Part shown: piece by piece, positions 26,465-40,566 of the stretch
How positions within the stretch are numbered: the first letter of the stretch is position 1
How the letters are laid out: each line of letters begins with the position of its first letter
Origin: the human T2T-CHM13v2.0 reference genome, Homo sapiens
Reading direction: 5' to 3' (one strand)
Assembly (NCBI RefSeq): GCF_009914755.1
Contig: NC_060927.1
DNA length: 64,000 bases
Position numbers and translations under genes: made by a program
The notes under the pieces: generated by a model
Seen by the model: the letters and a program-made list of their open reading frames with translations, nothing else
Databases searched by the model: none
Told to the model about the DNA's origin: nothing

Positions 26465-27194
26465 CCCTCATGAAATAGCTAATAGGTAGAACAATGTATG
26501 AAATTGACCTTTAGTTTGTATCTCTTGGAAACTGACAAATGTTAAAAACCACAGTGAATTTCTAGTGAAATTTTTTTGCCTGGCAAAGAAGTCATTCTAT
26601 AGCACCCCCTGGGGGAAAAAAAAATGGAGGGAAAAGTGGAGGTAGTAGTAAAACAGACTGGTGCTGCTCCAATTTCTCTTATTTGTGACTTTGTTAGGGT
26701 CAGGCAGCTGCAAGCTATTCATTGCAAGTAGAAATTCTTTTATACTTGTAAGTGAAGATTTTAAGCTAGGTCAGGATAAAGTCGTGAGTAGTCCATTTAT
26801 CCATCAATTGTCAATGCTTTAGCAGAGAGAAATTAGAGAAGTATATAGATGACTTCAAAGGCATGCAGAAAAGAGTTGAGAATCATACCAAAGGAAGATA
26901 GCAGAAAGTTGAGGATGAGTGAGGCTGGGTGGCAATGAGTTAACTAGAAACAAGCTTATCTTTGTTCAGAGAGAATCTCACACTTTGAGGTGGAGGAGCT
27001 GGAAAAAAAGAAGGAATAATAGTGTTTAAAAGGAATAATAGTGACATTATTCAGAAGAATAATATCAGAGGGGCTATGGACTTGCAAGAAAGTGACTATT
27101 GCAAAGGTTATTTTCTTTTTATGAAAATAACTTATTTCACTTTACCTGATATATTTGGCAGGCATTATTTGAATTTAATTGATAGCTTCACTGA

Positions 27195-27345
27195 AGCAAA
27201 GTTATTAAATCCTTGTCAGTTAATGAGTGGTCCATGGACCAGTAGCATTAGTATCACCTGGGAGATTGCCGGAAATACATAATATGAGGCCCGCTAAAAT
27301 ACGTAGGTGTATTGTACACACATTAAAATTTAGAAGCACTTTTGT
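27195..27345. mobile_element. MER5A fragment
   Basis: GTGGTCCATGGACCAGTAGCATTAGTATCACCTGGGAG. Confidence 0.7.
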
Positions 27346-29229
27346 AAATTATGGAGTCAAGATATACATTCAAACCAAATGATCTGTGGAAACTCTTTAT
27401 TTCATATTCTAAATCCTGCTTAGCCTGAAAACAAGTTTAAAAGATTTTAATTCAATAGATATATTTTTCTACAAGAATAAGAAAGAATTTTTAAAAACTC
27501 TAACATATCTCTCTCTGTATATTTCGGTGTACAAATAGGATTTGTTTTTATTTTAAAGAAAGATGGAAAATTAGACTCTTGAGGAAAGGACCTTTATCTA
27601 TTTTATCTGCAAATCCTAAATGATTAGATGCCTTCCCCTGGGTTAATATGATAAGGACTGGTATTTTTTTGCAATTGAATGTATCGAAATAATAATAATT
27701 TTCAATGCAAAACTCAGATTTCAGAAGTACTGTAGTCTATAATCAAAGATTATATGTGATATGTAACGCATTTAATCAGATTTGTTTGATGAAAGCGTAC
27801 TCTATAGTGGTATCTATTTTGCATGAAATCACAGAATCTTAATGCTGGAATAAACTTTATAAGTGAGTTAAAATAATCCACATGCAGTTCTGCAATTTCT
27901 TTTTCCATGTCTGTGGATTGGGTTTTGTTTTTCAGTGTCACTTAAAATATGGTTCTCTGAATTGAATCGAGCATCAGATCCACAAGCAGTGATCACTTCC
28001 AGTGATCTGGAATCTGAACTTCAATTTGTGTAGCCCAAAGATTCCTGTTAGCTTTGTTATTACTACATCTTTATTAACATTAGTTAGAATCATTTAAAAA
28101 TTATATTATTAATACAAACTATCAGATAATTTCCCATGAATTCTTGCTAATAGGATTCTCTACAAAACTAGGCTTACACAATTGATATTTTGAAAGTAAA
28201 AGCCTGTTTGTCAAGTTATCCGTTGTGTAGATTTATAGTAGCTTGTTAGTATTTGTCAAGATAATTTTGAATCTTGATTCGGTCACTTCTTGCAACAGCT
28301 ATCATTCCATGTTGTGTAGTATCTTCAAATTTTATATATCTTTTTTTATCCTTAAGTAACTGACCCAAATGGTCAAACCCAAGGTTGTGCTCTGCTAAAA
28401 CAAAAACATTCTTGGACTCTCATTTACTAATATAGTAATTCTATTTAACGAAATTAGATAAATGTGGAAGAAGAATCTCTGTGGATCTATGTTGGCTTCT
28501 TTTTAGTTGGTTATTTTCTGAATGCAAAGATGATAATTTGGTAAGCAATTGGAAAAACAATATTTCTTCTTAAACTTTAAAATGGAATAGAAATTATCAA
28601 AATGTAAAAGCATCAGATTAGCATCTATTGTTTAAACAGAGTAAAATGTTATATAGAGAGAGAGGATGAAGGGTGGCCAGGTACAGTTACTGGGAGAGTC
28701 ATAACAATGTCTTAAATTACGTTCGTGTTAAATCTCAATCATAACATCATTTTACTATAAAATAGATTTTATTTAATTAACTTCTGATTTTACAAGTTAT
28801 ATCTTTATTACTTCTGCAGGAAATGATAAAAGCCTCTAAAGATTATTTGATATATTTAAGATAACAAGTCCGTCTGGGTCAAATCCAGTAATTAATATTT
28901 CCCTAATGAAAATAAAATGAAGATTTCTTCTTATTAAATAGTATTATATGCTATCTTCATTTATTAATGTGACTTTGCCTCTTCAATGTACCTTTTATCC
29001 AAGGATATAATAGTCTTATAATTTGATCTCTGTTTCATTGATGAACAAACTGGGATATCAGAGGTGTAATGATTTTCCTTGAATTGTATGTCCCATTAAT
29101 TATGAAGGTAGTTTTATTATAATCTATGACCTCTAATATCAAATGTTTAGTTCCATTCCTTATAAAGTTGCTGATGATCCCTTTAAGTGTTACTAATTGG
29201 AAAATCCATAATTTCTGGGACCTCGTGTG

Positions 29230-29315
29230 TATTGCTTCCCATTGTATCTCTAGATTCTAATGTAAGTGCCTGGCATGTAGTAGGTGTTCAATAAATATTC
29301 ATTAAATGAATGTAC
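29230..29315 (+). mobile_element. L2 3' terminus
   Basis: GTGCCTGGCATGTAGTAGGTGTTCAATAAATATTCATTAAATGAATG. Confidence 0.8.
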
Positions 29316-29639
29316 CAATGAAATGTAATATATATGACTCTGTCATGTAGGAAATCCCTGCTATTGTTAAGTTCAAATACATAAACTATACTTACTCTGT
29401 CAACTTGTTCCTGTCCTATTTCTTGTGATGAGTACTCAGCATAAGCCCTCTGCTGCATCTGTGCTGATCTCAGTTTACACAATCCCACAACCCCTTACGA
29501 GCAGACACAATACTGTGTTCATGCATGCAGTTGCTAAGGTTTTTCTTGCCACCTTAATTGAACTTTTTTTTTTTTTACCACAAAACTAAATTTATATAGA
29601 GAAATAAAAGAAGAGCACTTAATATATGTATTCCTGAGT

Positions 29640-29790
29640 GAGGTGCCTGGGGTCTCTTTTATTTACTAGCTATGTAACAGTAGATAAAATATGTCGTCTA
29701 TCTGTGTCCTGTTTTTCCCGTCTGTATGATGGGGATTATATCTACCTCATTAGATTTGTAAAAATTAAATGATCAAATAGTTAACAAAGT
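29640..29790 (+). mobile_element. MIR
   Basis: TTACTAGCTATGTAAC...GTCTGTATGATGGGGATTATATCTACCTCAT. Confidence 0.7.
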
Positions 29791-30496
29791 TATCTTTATT
29801 CTTACATTTTCTACTATATTTAAGACCTTGTTTATGTACTGTACTTCTCTCTACTACTATACGGTCAAACTGCCCTCTCCTGCCTCTGCCTTCACCCCCT
29901 CCAAACCTAACAGGACTATTTGATAAGGTTATACATTCATCCCCTCATTGCCTAACATAATGGTCTTTCTCAGAGTTTACTCTTCTCAATCTCTCTGCCC
30001 CATAAATAGTTATAAAGACCCTATTACTGACTGTAAAAACTCCCTTCTCCAATTTCTTGGCTCACTCCAGGACTTTCCTACTTCTCTAGACTCAATTTCT
30101 ATTTTCCAGACTTCTATTTGTATTCTTTTCCAAAGAAATCTCACTCTTTTGTGGCCATCAGTATATAGTCATTGATCACAAGAATAAGTAAGTTTTCATC
30201 TTACTGTTTTTCTGTCCCTCACTCAAGAGTTATTCATTATGTGTCACATTTTCTTCCACACGTATCCCTGTCTTTCTATCCGTACTGACATTCTTTTTAA
30301 CCGGGTCACCTGCTGTGTGCATTTGAAAAGATCTATCCAATCTCTTCCTCAGTCCTGTACACTTGACACACAAACATGATCTTTCTAAATCAGAGCTCGA
30401 ATTGTCTGTCCCTCTCCTACTTACAATTTTTCAGTTTATTTTAGTCGCCAACCAACCTATATTTTATTCTATCTATTCATCTAGTAATAGACCTCA

Positions 30497-31198
<702 letters not shown>

Positions 31199-31813
31199 CA
31201 CTTCTTCTGTCCTTTATGGTCCCATGCTTTAATGAAAACATGTTATTATTTTCCATTCTGTGCTTTCAATCACACCTTTTTCTCATTCTCAAATGCTGCA
31301 ACTCTCCTATCAATAAACAGTCTTCTCAAAACCACATTGCCTGAATCTTTCCTGACTGTGACTTCCCATAGTACTCTGTTGCATCCTCCTTTATGGAAAT
31401 ATTTAGTTTATATCCTTAGGATGGGTTATAGCCAATGATGTACAAACTTATATCCCCAGCTAGGAGATAATTTTCTTGATAGCAGAAACCAGATCTAACG
31501 AGACATGCATATTTAGCAGACTGCACTGGATGAAATAAGCCCAATATAGTGAAATGATAACTACTTTTTTATGTTCTCAAGGTTTACATATGTAATCCCA
31601 CTAATACTGTAAACCTTAGCAGGAGTCATGTTTTATCACAGTGCATATCTGAACATGCAGTTAGAATTATACATTGTATACACACACACATTTACCACAC
31701 ACATTGACTTGTGAGCTTGCACAAACATGATGAGGCTGGATAGAGGTGTAGCAATTGTGAATTGCTGAGTTCTTCAAAGTGAGTACATTGGTTTTGCTGA
31801 CCCAGACCAGTCT

Positions 31814-31815
<2 letters not shown>

Positions 31816-31845
<30 letters not shown>
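31816..31845. repeat. (GT)15 microsatellite
   Basis: Direct reading. Confidence 0.97.
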
Positions 31846-31846
<1 letters not shown>

Positions 31847-31927
31847 GTGAGTGGGGATGGGGAGAAGCTACTGTGGTGTTTTGCAGAAGGATGTATTTGC
31901 CCTAAGAATGAACTCTCAGAAGAGCTC

Positions 31928-32200
31928 TGTATCCATTAGCTTTTGCTGGCTTATGCTGTGGTAATAACCTCCAAATCTATATTCTTGCAACAGCAAAGTT
32001 TGTGGTTTAGCTGTGCCTCTGTTCCATTTCTTCTTCATTTCTGCCAGGCAAATGCCAGGTAGAGGAAAAAGATTAATAGAAAGATCTCACAATATCTCTT
32101 AAAACTCCTGCTCAGATGTGGCATATGTCACTACTGCTCACATCCCACTAGCCAAAGCATGTTACGTAGGCAAACCTGCTGTCATTGAGATGGGAATAAT
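31928..32200 (-). mobile_element. MLT1J-like LTR fragment
   Basis: TTATGCTGTGGTAATAACCTCCAAATCT...CTGCTCACATCCCACTAGCCAAAGCATGT. Confidence 0.6.
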
Positions 32201-32832
32201 ATCCAACCCGTCCCCCCCACCCCCCGCCCACGGAGGAGCTCTGTATCAATAGGCACTTAATTTTGAGGAAAATACATGAAAATTAAGGCAGCTAAAGAAA
32301 ACTCCTGAGTTCCCATTGCTTCCCAGCCCACCATTTCCTCCCTGTGTTCTCTTCTGTTTTTTTCTCACCTATGTCCTTGCCTTAAACACAAAGCAAGAGT
32401 ACCTCACTCTTGGCTCTGCAGGCAGGTACTCAGGTTTGCTTGTATAGTAAGCCCCTTACTGAAAGAGGAGAACATGTCCTGAGTGTGTTCAAAATACTGA
32501 TCCTCACTCTACAGCTCAGACTGTGCTTTGTGGATTTTGGGAGAAGTGCACATTAATGTATGGCAGGAAGATCAGGAACACAGGGCCCCAGATAATCACC
32601 TGCACAATGAGTAAGCAAATGTCTTCACAAAATGTAAGGTCCTTTCACAATCTTGCATGTATAGATAGTGTTTCTTGGAAAGAGATTAAAAAAAAAATCT
32701 CTTCTCAAATTAAACCCTTTAATTTTTTTATTGATTTGATTTCATTCATTTATTCAATCATTCATTTAACAGTATTGAGCACCTGCCCTGTACTATATCC
32801 TGTGTTTGACATGAAAGATACTAAATTACTAA

Positions 32833-33226
32833 TGTCTTTGTCAGCTCAGGCTGCTGTAACGAATACCATACCCTGGGTGACTTAGCAATGAACATTGTTT
32901 CTCACAGTTCTGGAGATTGGGAGTCCAAGATCAAGGCATTGGCAAACATGGTGTCTGGTGAGGACCTGCTTCCTGGTTCATAGATGGAGGTCTCACCACT
33001 GTGTCCTCACATGGTTAAGAGAGAAGGAGCAAGCTCTCTTAAGATTCTTATGAGGGCATTAATCCTATTCATAAGAGCTCCCTCATTACATCATCTAAAA
33101 TTCTAATTACCTCCCCAAAACTTTACTTCCTAATACCATTCCATTAGGGAGTAGGGTTTTAACATATTAATTTGGTGGAAGGAAATGAGGGGTTGGGGTT
33201 GGGGAATAGGCATTCAGGTCATAGGA
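32833..33226 (-). mobile_element. MLT1A0-like solo LTR
   Basis: CTCAGGCTGCTGTAAC...TTCTCACAGTTCTGGAG...GTCCAAGATCAAGG...TGTGTCCTCACATGG. Confidence 0.88.
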
Positions 33227-33239
33227 AGTATTAATGAAA

Positions 33240-33478
33240 ATATCTAACAGCAATTGAGTGTTTATTATATGTCATTCACTACGATAAATGCATTACAAGA
33301 TGCATTATCTCCTTTCATCTTTACAAAATCCTAAGGGGTAGTTACCATTTTATAGTAAAAGAAAAAAAGGCTTAGAGAGACTACATCCCTGTGCCAAGTT
33401 CACTCAGCCAGAAACTGGTGGAGCGAGTACATGAATCCTGGTCTCTTTGACTTCAAAGCTCACATTCTTAACCACACA
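33240..33478 (-). mobile_element. MIR
   Basis: AGGCTTAGAGAG...GCCAAGTTCACTCAGC...TGACTTCAAAGCTCACATTCTTAACCAC. Confidence 0.8.
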
Positions 33479-35459
33479 GTAAACATAGTGATATATTCCC
33501 TCAAGAACCTTATTATCTAATTGGCTGATGAGTGGCGGTAGAATTTCTAAGTATCTTCATTAAATAAAATGTAGAAACAAAGTAATATATTTATAATCTG
33601 AGTTTCCACAGGAGAAAAGAGAAAAGTAGGAGTGATTAATTCCAATAGGCAACAGACAGGAAACATGGGAAGCCTTCCTTGAGAGGACAATGGCTCAGCT
33701 GGGCAAAAAGGGTAAGTAGGATTTCAATAGGCAGAGAGCATTTATAGCTTGAGCAAAGTCAGAGAAATGCTGCCATGCATAGGGGACAGGGCATGGATCT
33801 GGGTGATGCTACGTGAAGAGCATCCCCCTAACCTGGTAAGGTTAGAGAGAAGATTGGGATCACAAAAAGAACTTTAATCAATGTACTAGTAAATTTGAAC
33901 TATTTTGGAAGTCAACACAGAGCTACTTCCCTTCTAAATCAATATTGACTTTTGAATGGGTATTCTAGAGAATGTGAAATGACAGCTTTAAAGATGGCTT
34001 TAAAACAATTATTCAAAAAAAATGTTCAAATCAAAACATAATACCTCTGAAGACAGACTCTATAATGCTTTAGGCCAACTCAGTCTCTGAAGCTCAAATG
34101 AGCATAAATGCAATTAGCCATTTGCTCCCTTAAAATGAGGGTAGGTCTGTCTAATGTAGCTTGTAATTTGCCAATTGCATGTAAATTATTTTCACTTGAA
34201 AATCACTTAAGTTATGTAAAGGGACAGTCCTTTCAACATGTTCATCCCAAATATTGACACTTTTTTCCCCAAGAAATACTGTTGTTTGATTTTCAAGATA
34301 TACTACAAAATAATACAAAGGCATAAAACTCTTTCCAGTTGAATTAAATATTATCAAAATCCTTCAGGAATAATTTTGTTAAGGCATCTATGCTTAATAT
34401 TATATATTCCATACACAACATTTCTTTCTGATTTGATTGTTAATATGTTCTACATATAGACACAATTCTTCTTATGGCAGATTTTATATAACATCTGAAT
34501 TGCTTATCATTAAATATTTTATAACAGGTAAAATGATGAATGAAAAACTTGAATTGGTGAATTAAAGTTGGGCTGCATCAAAATTTCTTGTCTCTGCATG
34601 AAAATTGATGAGTTTGTTGATGATTCATTGCATTTTGCATTTAGAAGCATTATATTTAGTGCCACCAGGTTACCATATAAAATGTAAAAGGCTAGAAAAA
34701 TTAATATCATGTCTCTCAAATTTGATGATGGGATGAGAAGGTAAAATCTAAATCTCAACTTTCAAGGTCAAAGAGGGATTTCTTGCCCCATTCAATTACT
34801 GCTCAATTTGATAGCAGTAAAGGAGTTAAGAGCATCTCTCCTATAATTTGGCTAGACTTTCATTATAGAAATAGAATACATTAACAGGAAACCATTAAAT
34901 ACAATTTACGTATGAATAGCCCCCTCAGTGGAAGCTTTGTTTCTTCCATTTGCAGGATAAAGTAAAAGTAACTGTTTGATATCAATTACCAGTCACTGTG
35001 GACAACATACTTTTATTAACTCTGTGGTCAAATGCATTCATCTTTATATTTCAAGAATGGCACAAATCTATTCTTTTTCAGTATTAATCTATGTCCCACA
35101 CAATTACTGCCCTGACATTTATTGGAGTAATAAATTGGCTTTAGTGTTTGTTGGCTTTTCCCTTCTTTCAGCCATTCTGCTTTCCTGAATTTTATAATGT
35201 GCCTTCACTTTTTTAACTGACTGAAGGGAAGGTGGTTCTAATTTCACATTAGTGAATGTGGCCCATTTATTTTCATTTCCTTGGTACCCTAAGAGAAAAA
35301 GAAAAGTATCTATATTCACAGTTTCAATTCAGAACAATGAATATAAATGCAAACAAGCTTTGAGGTTTAAAGCTTCTATTTAATCATTATAGTTATAGTA
35401 GTTATGTTTCTTGGATCCATAACTATACTAAAATGGTTGTAAGTGTGTAATTGCATTGA

Positions 35460-35620
35460 AGAAACCTGGGTTCAAGTGTAAACTCTGCTTCTCTCTCTCT
35501 CTCTGAAACCGTGGGGCCCTAGGAGTTCTCTTAATTTCTCCAAATCTTATTTATTCATCTGTAAAATGGAGATACTACCACCTACCTTCAGAGTTATTGT
35601 AAAGGTGAAATAAAACATTT
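35460..35620 (+). mobile_element. MIR
   Basis: CCTGGGTTCAAGT...CATCTGTAAAATGGAGATACTACCACCTACC. Confidence 0.8.
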
Positions 35621-37557
35621 TATATTCAATAATATTTATAGAAATTCATATTGTTCCAGACACTGGTCTAGGCGCAAATTACATCAGAGAACAAAACCTA
35701 AGAAAAAACCTTCTCTCCTGGAATTTATAATTATTTCTCATACAAGAAAACAAAGTGCCATTCTATGGTATAAAGGAGGTGCTCATTATTCCCAGATATT
35801 TTCAGCCTATAACAACAAAATGAAATGACAATTCTTTCAAATAGCAAATTTTGATAGATGAAAGACCACAACTTCTCCTCAAAGCTTTCTTCAGTACTCT
35901 CAGAACTCCCAAGGAGCAGTCTAATGTAAGCTCAGAGAAATGGCTCAAGTTCTCTCCTTTTCTCTCCCTCCTCAGGCCACCATGACAATGAGTCTGTGCT
36001 GCTAAACTTGTGCAACTGCAGTTGTACTTGGAATGGCCCTGCACAGGCCTCCAAGGTGTCCCTTACCACCCATCTCCCATACTTACACCCCAGTCTCAGG
36101 AAGTGCTAAGTTCACCTGGCCCTATACATTGCGTAGATATTGCTCTAGACAGGAGAAGAATGTATACCCTACTCCATTCTTGAAGAGATCCGTTTCTCTA
36201 ATTCATATTTTCTGTCCCTTAAATTGATCTTTTTTTTAAGTATGAGTGATTGTGTGAAATCTCACTGATTTCAGAGGAAATACCATTTCCCACTCAAAAG
36301 GCACAAGCCCTTACCTTCAGCTTCTGAGAGAATAATTAGTAGAATATAATAAAGCATCCTCTATCATTTATTCTTGACTAACACTATCTGAAGGGTACCT
36401 ATTACCCAGTCCACATCCTCTTTACTGTTTATCTTCTAGTAGAGGAATTCTACAAGTTATTCCTGCAGTCCTAGCCTTTTGCCTTAACTTTAGAAACCAG
36501 CTACTTGAAGATTTGCATTTTATCTTCACCATCATAGTTTCAAAGACATTGGGGTCAAATATTGGTCATAGCTGAGCCCTGAAAAGATAACAGTAGATGG
36601 TCTACTCTCTTTTACTGATCTAGCTCCAAAAAGGACCACATTCTCCTTGTCATATATATATAATAGGTTTGAGATTATAGATACCAGTTTCAAGTGATAT
36701 AGTAGACATGTTAGATTTGGATATAACAGTTAAGCAAGGGCTTCAATTTCTTTGAGGATTTTGATCTGATGTTAAGTTGCCAAAGCAGAACGTAGAGCTT
36801 ACAGCAATAAAAGTGAATCAGACAGTGAGGAGGGAAAGCAGGTGCTGTATTGATATTTACACATGGACAGTAACATCATCAAAATTGTCATCTTCAAACA
36901 TGTACAGCAGCTTTTGCAAAAATGAGAGAGAATAGTAAATTCAGAAATGAGAGTAACTTTAAACTGTAATGTACATAATGGGTGAAGTCTTCCAGATAGC
37001 TCCTCCAGATTTTGCACAAAGCAGTGAATCTTGAGTGAGTCCAATTTTTGGTTACGGGTATTTTCTTTGAGTTGATAATAGATATGTGGGATTCTGAGTG
37101 TTCTTGAAAAAGTCCTTATTCCGGCAGCCCTCATACTGGTAATATTTTGTCATAAAGACTTTGAAAGGTTCTACTGTTGCATGATTTGCAAATGACTGCT
37201 ATTCCCCCTCAAAATAACACAAATTGGATTTAAGACCAATATCCTCAAAACTGGCTGAAATGAAAAATGAACAAAGTAAAACATAAAATAATATTTCTGC
37301 AAAATAATAATATTTTAATAACTCAAAAGCAGTTATGTCAGTAAGTGAGAGCTTATCTTTGGAAGGATCAAATTCAATAATACAATGGGTCAACTTCAGA
37401 TTAGCTATTGCTTAAAATTATTGGTGATTGAATAGAACTTGTAATTCCAGACTAGTCAACAGAATCCAAGCGTATGTGATGCCTCACATACATTTGTTAA
37501 ACCAGAGAAAACATTAGATAAATATCGACTTTTCTCTTGTCATTTTGAGTCTAATGT

Positions 37558-37877
37558 TTTCTTTTCTTTCAGTTTTTTATTTGTTTGTTTGTTTGAGACA
37601 AGGTCTCACTCTGTCATCCAGGCTGGAGTGAGATGAGGTGATCATGGCTCACTGCCGCAGCCTCAACATGCTGGGCTCACTCACTCCTACCTCAGCCTCC
37701 CATGGAGCTGGGACCATAGGCATGTGCCACCAGGTCAGGCCAATTTTTAAAATTATTTTTAGAGACAGAGTCTGACTATGTTTCCTAGGCTGATCTTGAA
37801 CTCCTGGGCTCAAGTGGTCCTCTCTCTTCAGCCTCCCAAAGTGCTAGGATTATAGGCATGAGCCACCACACCTGGCT
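37558..37877 (-). mobile_element. AluJ
   Basis: Antisense dimer; degenerate TSD GAGTCTAATGTTTTCT / GAATCTAGTATTTTCT. Confidence 0.92.
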
Positions 37878-38537
37878 GAATCTAGTATTTTCTAAAGATA
37901 CTACTAATAGTACAAAGGTATGGTTGATATTGCCACGTCTTAGGTAAATGGAAACTTTACCCAAGATTTTGCAAGTGTTGAAGAGTTAACAAGACAAGTT
38001 AACAGAGGTTCTCAAAATTGAAAATAACCCAAGCCCCAAGCCCCGTGAAACATATAAAAAGAAAAAATAGTCAAATCACCTCCAAATATCTTAGGATATG
38101 TAAACTACATTGTTGTGTTAATAAGCAAACATCTGATTTAGCCCTTTTTTTCTTACACAATAAACTCCAGACTTCTTAATACACCATTTTAATGTTTTTA
38201 CTTTATTGTGCCAACGTGCCTTTTCAGATTTGAACATATTTTGCTTAGGCTTTTGTCACATCTGATAATTGCTTGTTCCTGTTCTTCACCGTCTTTCAAC
38301 ATTCTACTTACGCTGCAAGGCACTATTTAAATGTTACCACTTTAGGAAGAAAGAATCACCCACCCTCAATGGCTACATGTGCCACATTCTTCTATTAAAT
38401 GCTTATTACCATCTTCCCATATTAGGTTATATTGCACTCTTTGCATGTATCTCATTCATTAAATTGTTAGTTTCCAGGAAAAAGAGACATGCCTCATCTC
38501 TTTCCTTGATCTCAATGGCATGTCATAAAATATAGAC

Positions 38538-38750
38538 ATTTTGGAGTTAGACAAACAAGGTAGGGTTTTGAACCCTAGTTCAGAAGCATTATGTTCCAGA
38601 GCAAGTTATTCAATCTTTCTGACCTTCTGTTTGCTTATCTGTAAAAGGAACGTAGTAACCTTCCTCTCAAGCTTGTTATGAGAATCAAGCGAGGGATCAT
38701 GTAAAGCACTTGGCTCAGTTCCTGACCCCAAGTAGAGGCTTCATAAAAGA
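38538..38750 (+). mobile_element. MIR
   Basis: TTTGGAGTTAGAC...GCAAGTTATTCAATC...ATCTGTAAAAGG...TGTAAAGCACTTGG. Confidence 0.8.
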
Positions 38751-39091
38751 TAATCAGGACTCTTGAAGGAAGGGGTATGAGAAGAAAAGTCATTTATTTT
38801 CAAGTCCACCTGAGTGGCCATGAGCAGTAGGGGCAGGGCTAGGGGACAAACTGAACAGCTGGAGGAAGTCTCTACCAACTCACAAATCTAGGTGATTTTC
38901 ATGTGGAGAAAAGCATAGTCTTATTTACCTTGTCTCAAAGTGGCGGTTTTATCTTTATAATTACATTTTGCTATATTTGTTCTTATAGAATTTATGATAA
39001 AATACATTAGCCCATTATTTTAATTTTATGGTTATCAGTTAAGAAGTAGCACTCCATATTCTTACAGAAGCTATTATCAAGTTATGTGCTA

Positions 39092-39459
39092 TGTTCCTTG
39101 GTCAGTTTGGGCTGCCATAACAAAATACCACAGAATAAGTGTTATAAACAACAGAAATTTATTTCTCACAGTTCTGGATACTTGAACTCTGAGGTCAGAG
39201 AGGCAGAATGGTCGGGTTCTGGTGAGGCCTCTCTTTCCGGCTTACAGATGGCTGCCTTCTAGCTATGTCCCCCTCATGACAGAGAGTTAGATAGAGAAAT
39301 CAAGCTCTCTGGTGTCTCTTCTATATGGACACTAATCCTCTCATGAGGGCCCCATTTTTAGGAGCTTATCTAAACCTAATTAACTCCCAAAGGCCCCATC
39401 TCCAAATACAATGACTTCAACATATGAATGTTGGGGGAACACAATTCAGTTCATTGCAC
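39092..39459 (-). mobile_element. MLT1A0-like solo LTR
   Basis: TTGGGCTGCCATAACAAAATACCACAG...TTTATTTCTCACAGTTCTGG...GGGGGAACACAATTCAGTTCATTGCA. Confidence 0.88.
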
Positions 39460-39529
39460 TGTGTATAAAAATATTTGAATATTTAATCATAGACTCAGCA
39501 TACTATAGATTTTAAAGAGACTTAGTTAC

Positions 39530-39670
39530 ACTTAGCCAAATTCCCCCATTTTTTACAATGGAGAAAACAGAAAACAGGAGTGGTTAGATGGCCTGCCCAA
39601 GGTTATTACACCAATTAACAAATAAAATGAAAGTAGAATTAGATTCTCTGATTTTTTAACTAGTATTTTC
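39530..39670 (-). mobile_element. MIR
   Basis: CCCCATTTTTTACAATGGAGAAAACAGA...CCTGCCCAAGGTT. Confidence 0.65.
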
Positions 39671-40514
39671 AGCAAATAAATGGCAAATAAAGTGACACAT
39701 GGGCACAAACCACGAAAAATGCTCATGCAGAATGAGAGTAAAGGAAATAGAACAGAAAGTTTTAGAAAAGAGTAAAATAAAAGGTGGCTGAAAATGATCA
39801 TCAAAGGGGTGGCAAGAGATTGGAAAACAGAAGAGAATAATATCTGGAAGACAAAAGCAACATTGAAGGGATGGCAGACAAGGCAGAATTCTAAATAAAA
39901 TAGCAACATTTCTAACATCCCAGAAATTAGAGTAGATAGTATTGGGTTCTAATAATGTGACTCACAAAAATGGAGTTTCCAAGTATTCTGATTAATAACT
40001 AACAACTGTATAGTAACAGATGCTCCATTTTGAGTCTAAACTGTGCCTAATCTAAGATTCCAACATAATTGGAAGCCTAGAAATGTCTGTTTGCTGAAGA
40101 CCGTTAGAGTGAGCATCAGAGAAACTTTTGGGTTATGACTTTTTCTAAAGCAAAAGAGACTGGATGTATATGGGCCAGAGTCTAAAAGTACACGTACAAA
40201 TACAGCACAGCAATCATTACTCAGACTGTCTTATGACTAGTTCCCTATGGAGTCATGGCTGATTCACACAGCATTGCAATGAAAGAATAAGTACATCTCG
40301 GAAAGAGCTGCTTTATTATAATAACCACAGGACACTGAGTGCACAAGATATCAGCAGATTGAGACCAGCAACCATCGCTGGAGCTGGTTTTCTTGGCATA
40401 GGGAGTAACACCCTCAATGTAGTAGCATCAGGAGACAGGGGTGATGCCAGAAGAAATGACAGCACTCTCTGTAGATGCTTATAATTGGGTTGCTGTTTTT
40501 GGCATGAGAAACTA

Positions 40515-40566
40515 TTAAATTGGTGCAAAAGTAATTGCAGTTTTTGCCATTAAAAGTAATGGTAAA
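40515..40566. mobile_element. MADE1 (Hsmar1 mariner MITE), one TIR plus spacer
   Basis: TA followed by TTAAATTGGTGCAAAAGTAATTGCAGTTTTTGCCATTAAAAGTAATGGTAAA matches the MADE1 arm; second arm truncated. Confidence 0.9.

Larger units (their letters stand above)
32740..33920 (-). mobile_element. L2, fragmented by MLT1A0 and MIR insertions
   Basis: TTCATTCATTTATTCAATCATTCATTTAACAGTATTGAGCACCTGC tail; continues at ~33490-33920. Confidence 0.6.

Noticed and set aside
33189-33210. (GGGGTT)n telomere-like or G4 motif
   Set aside because: Only three full G-tracts; an expansion of the G-rich patch in MLT1A0
36799-37134. 111-aa ATG ORF on the minus strand in unique DNA
   Set aside because: No recognisable homology, splice context or codon signal; length compatible with chance
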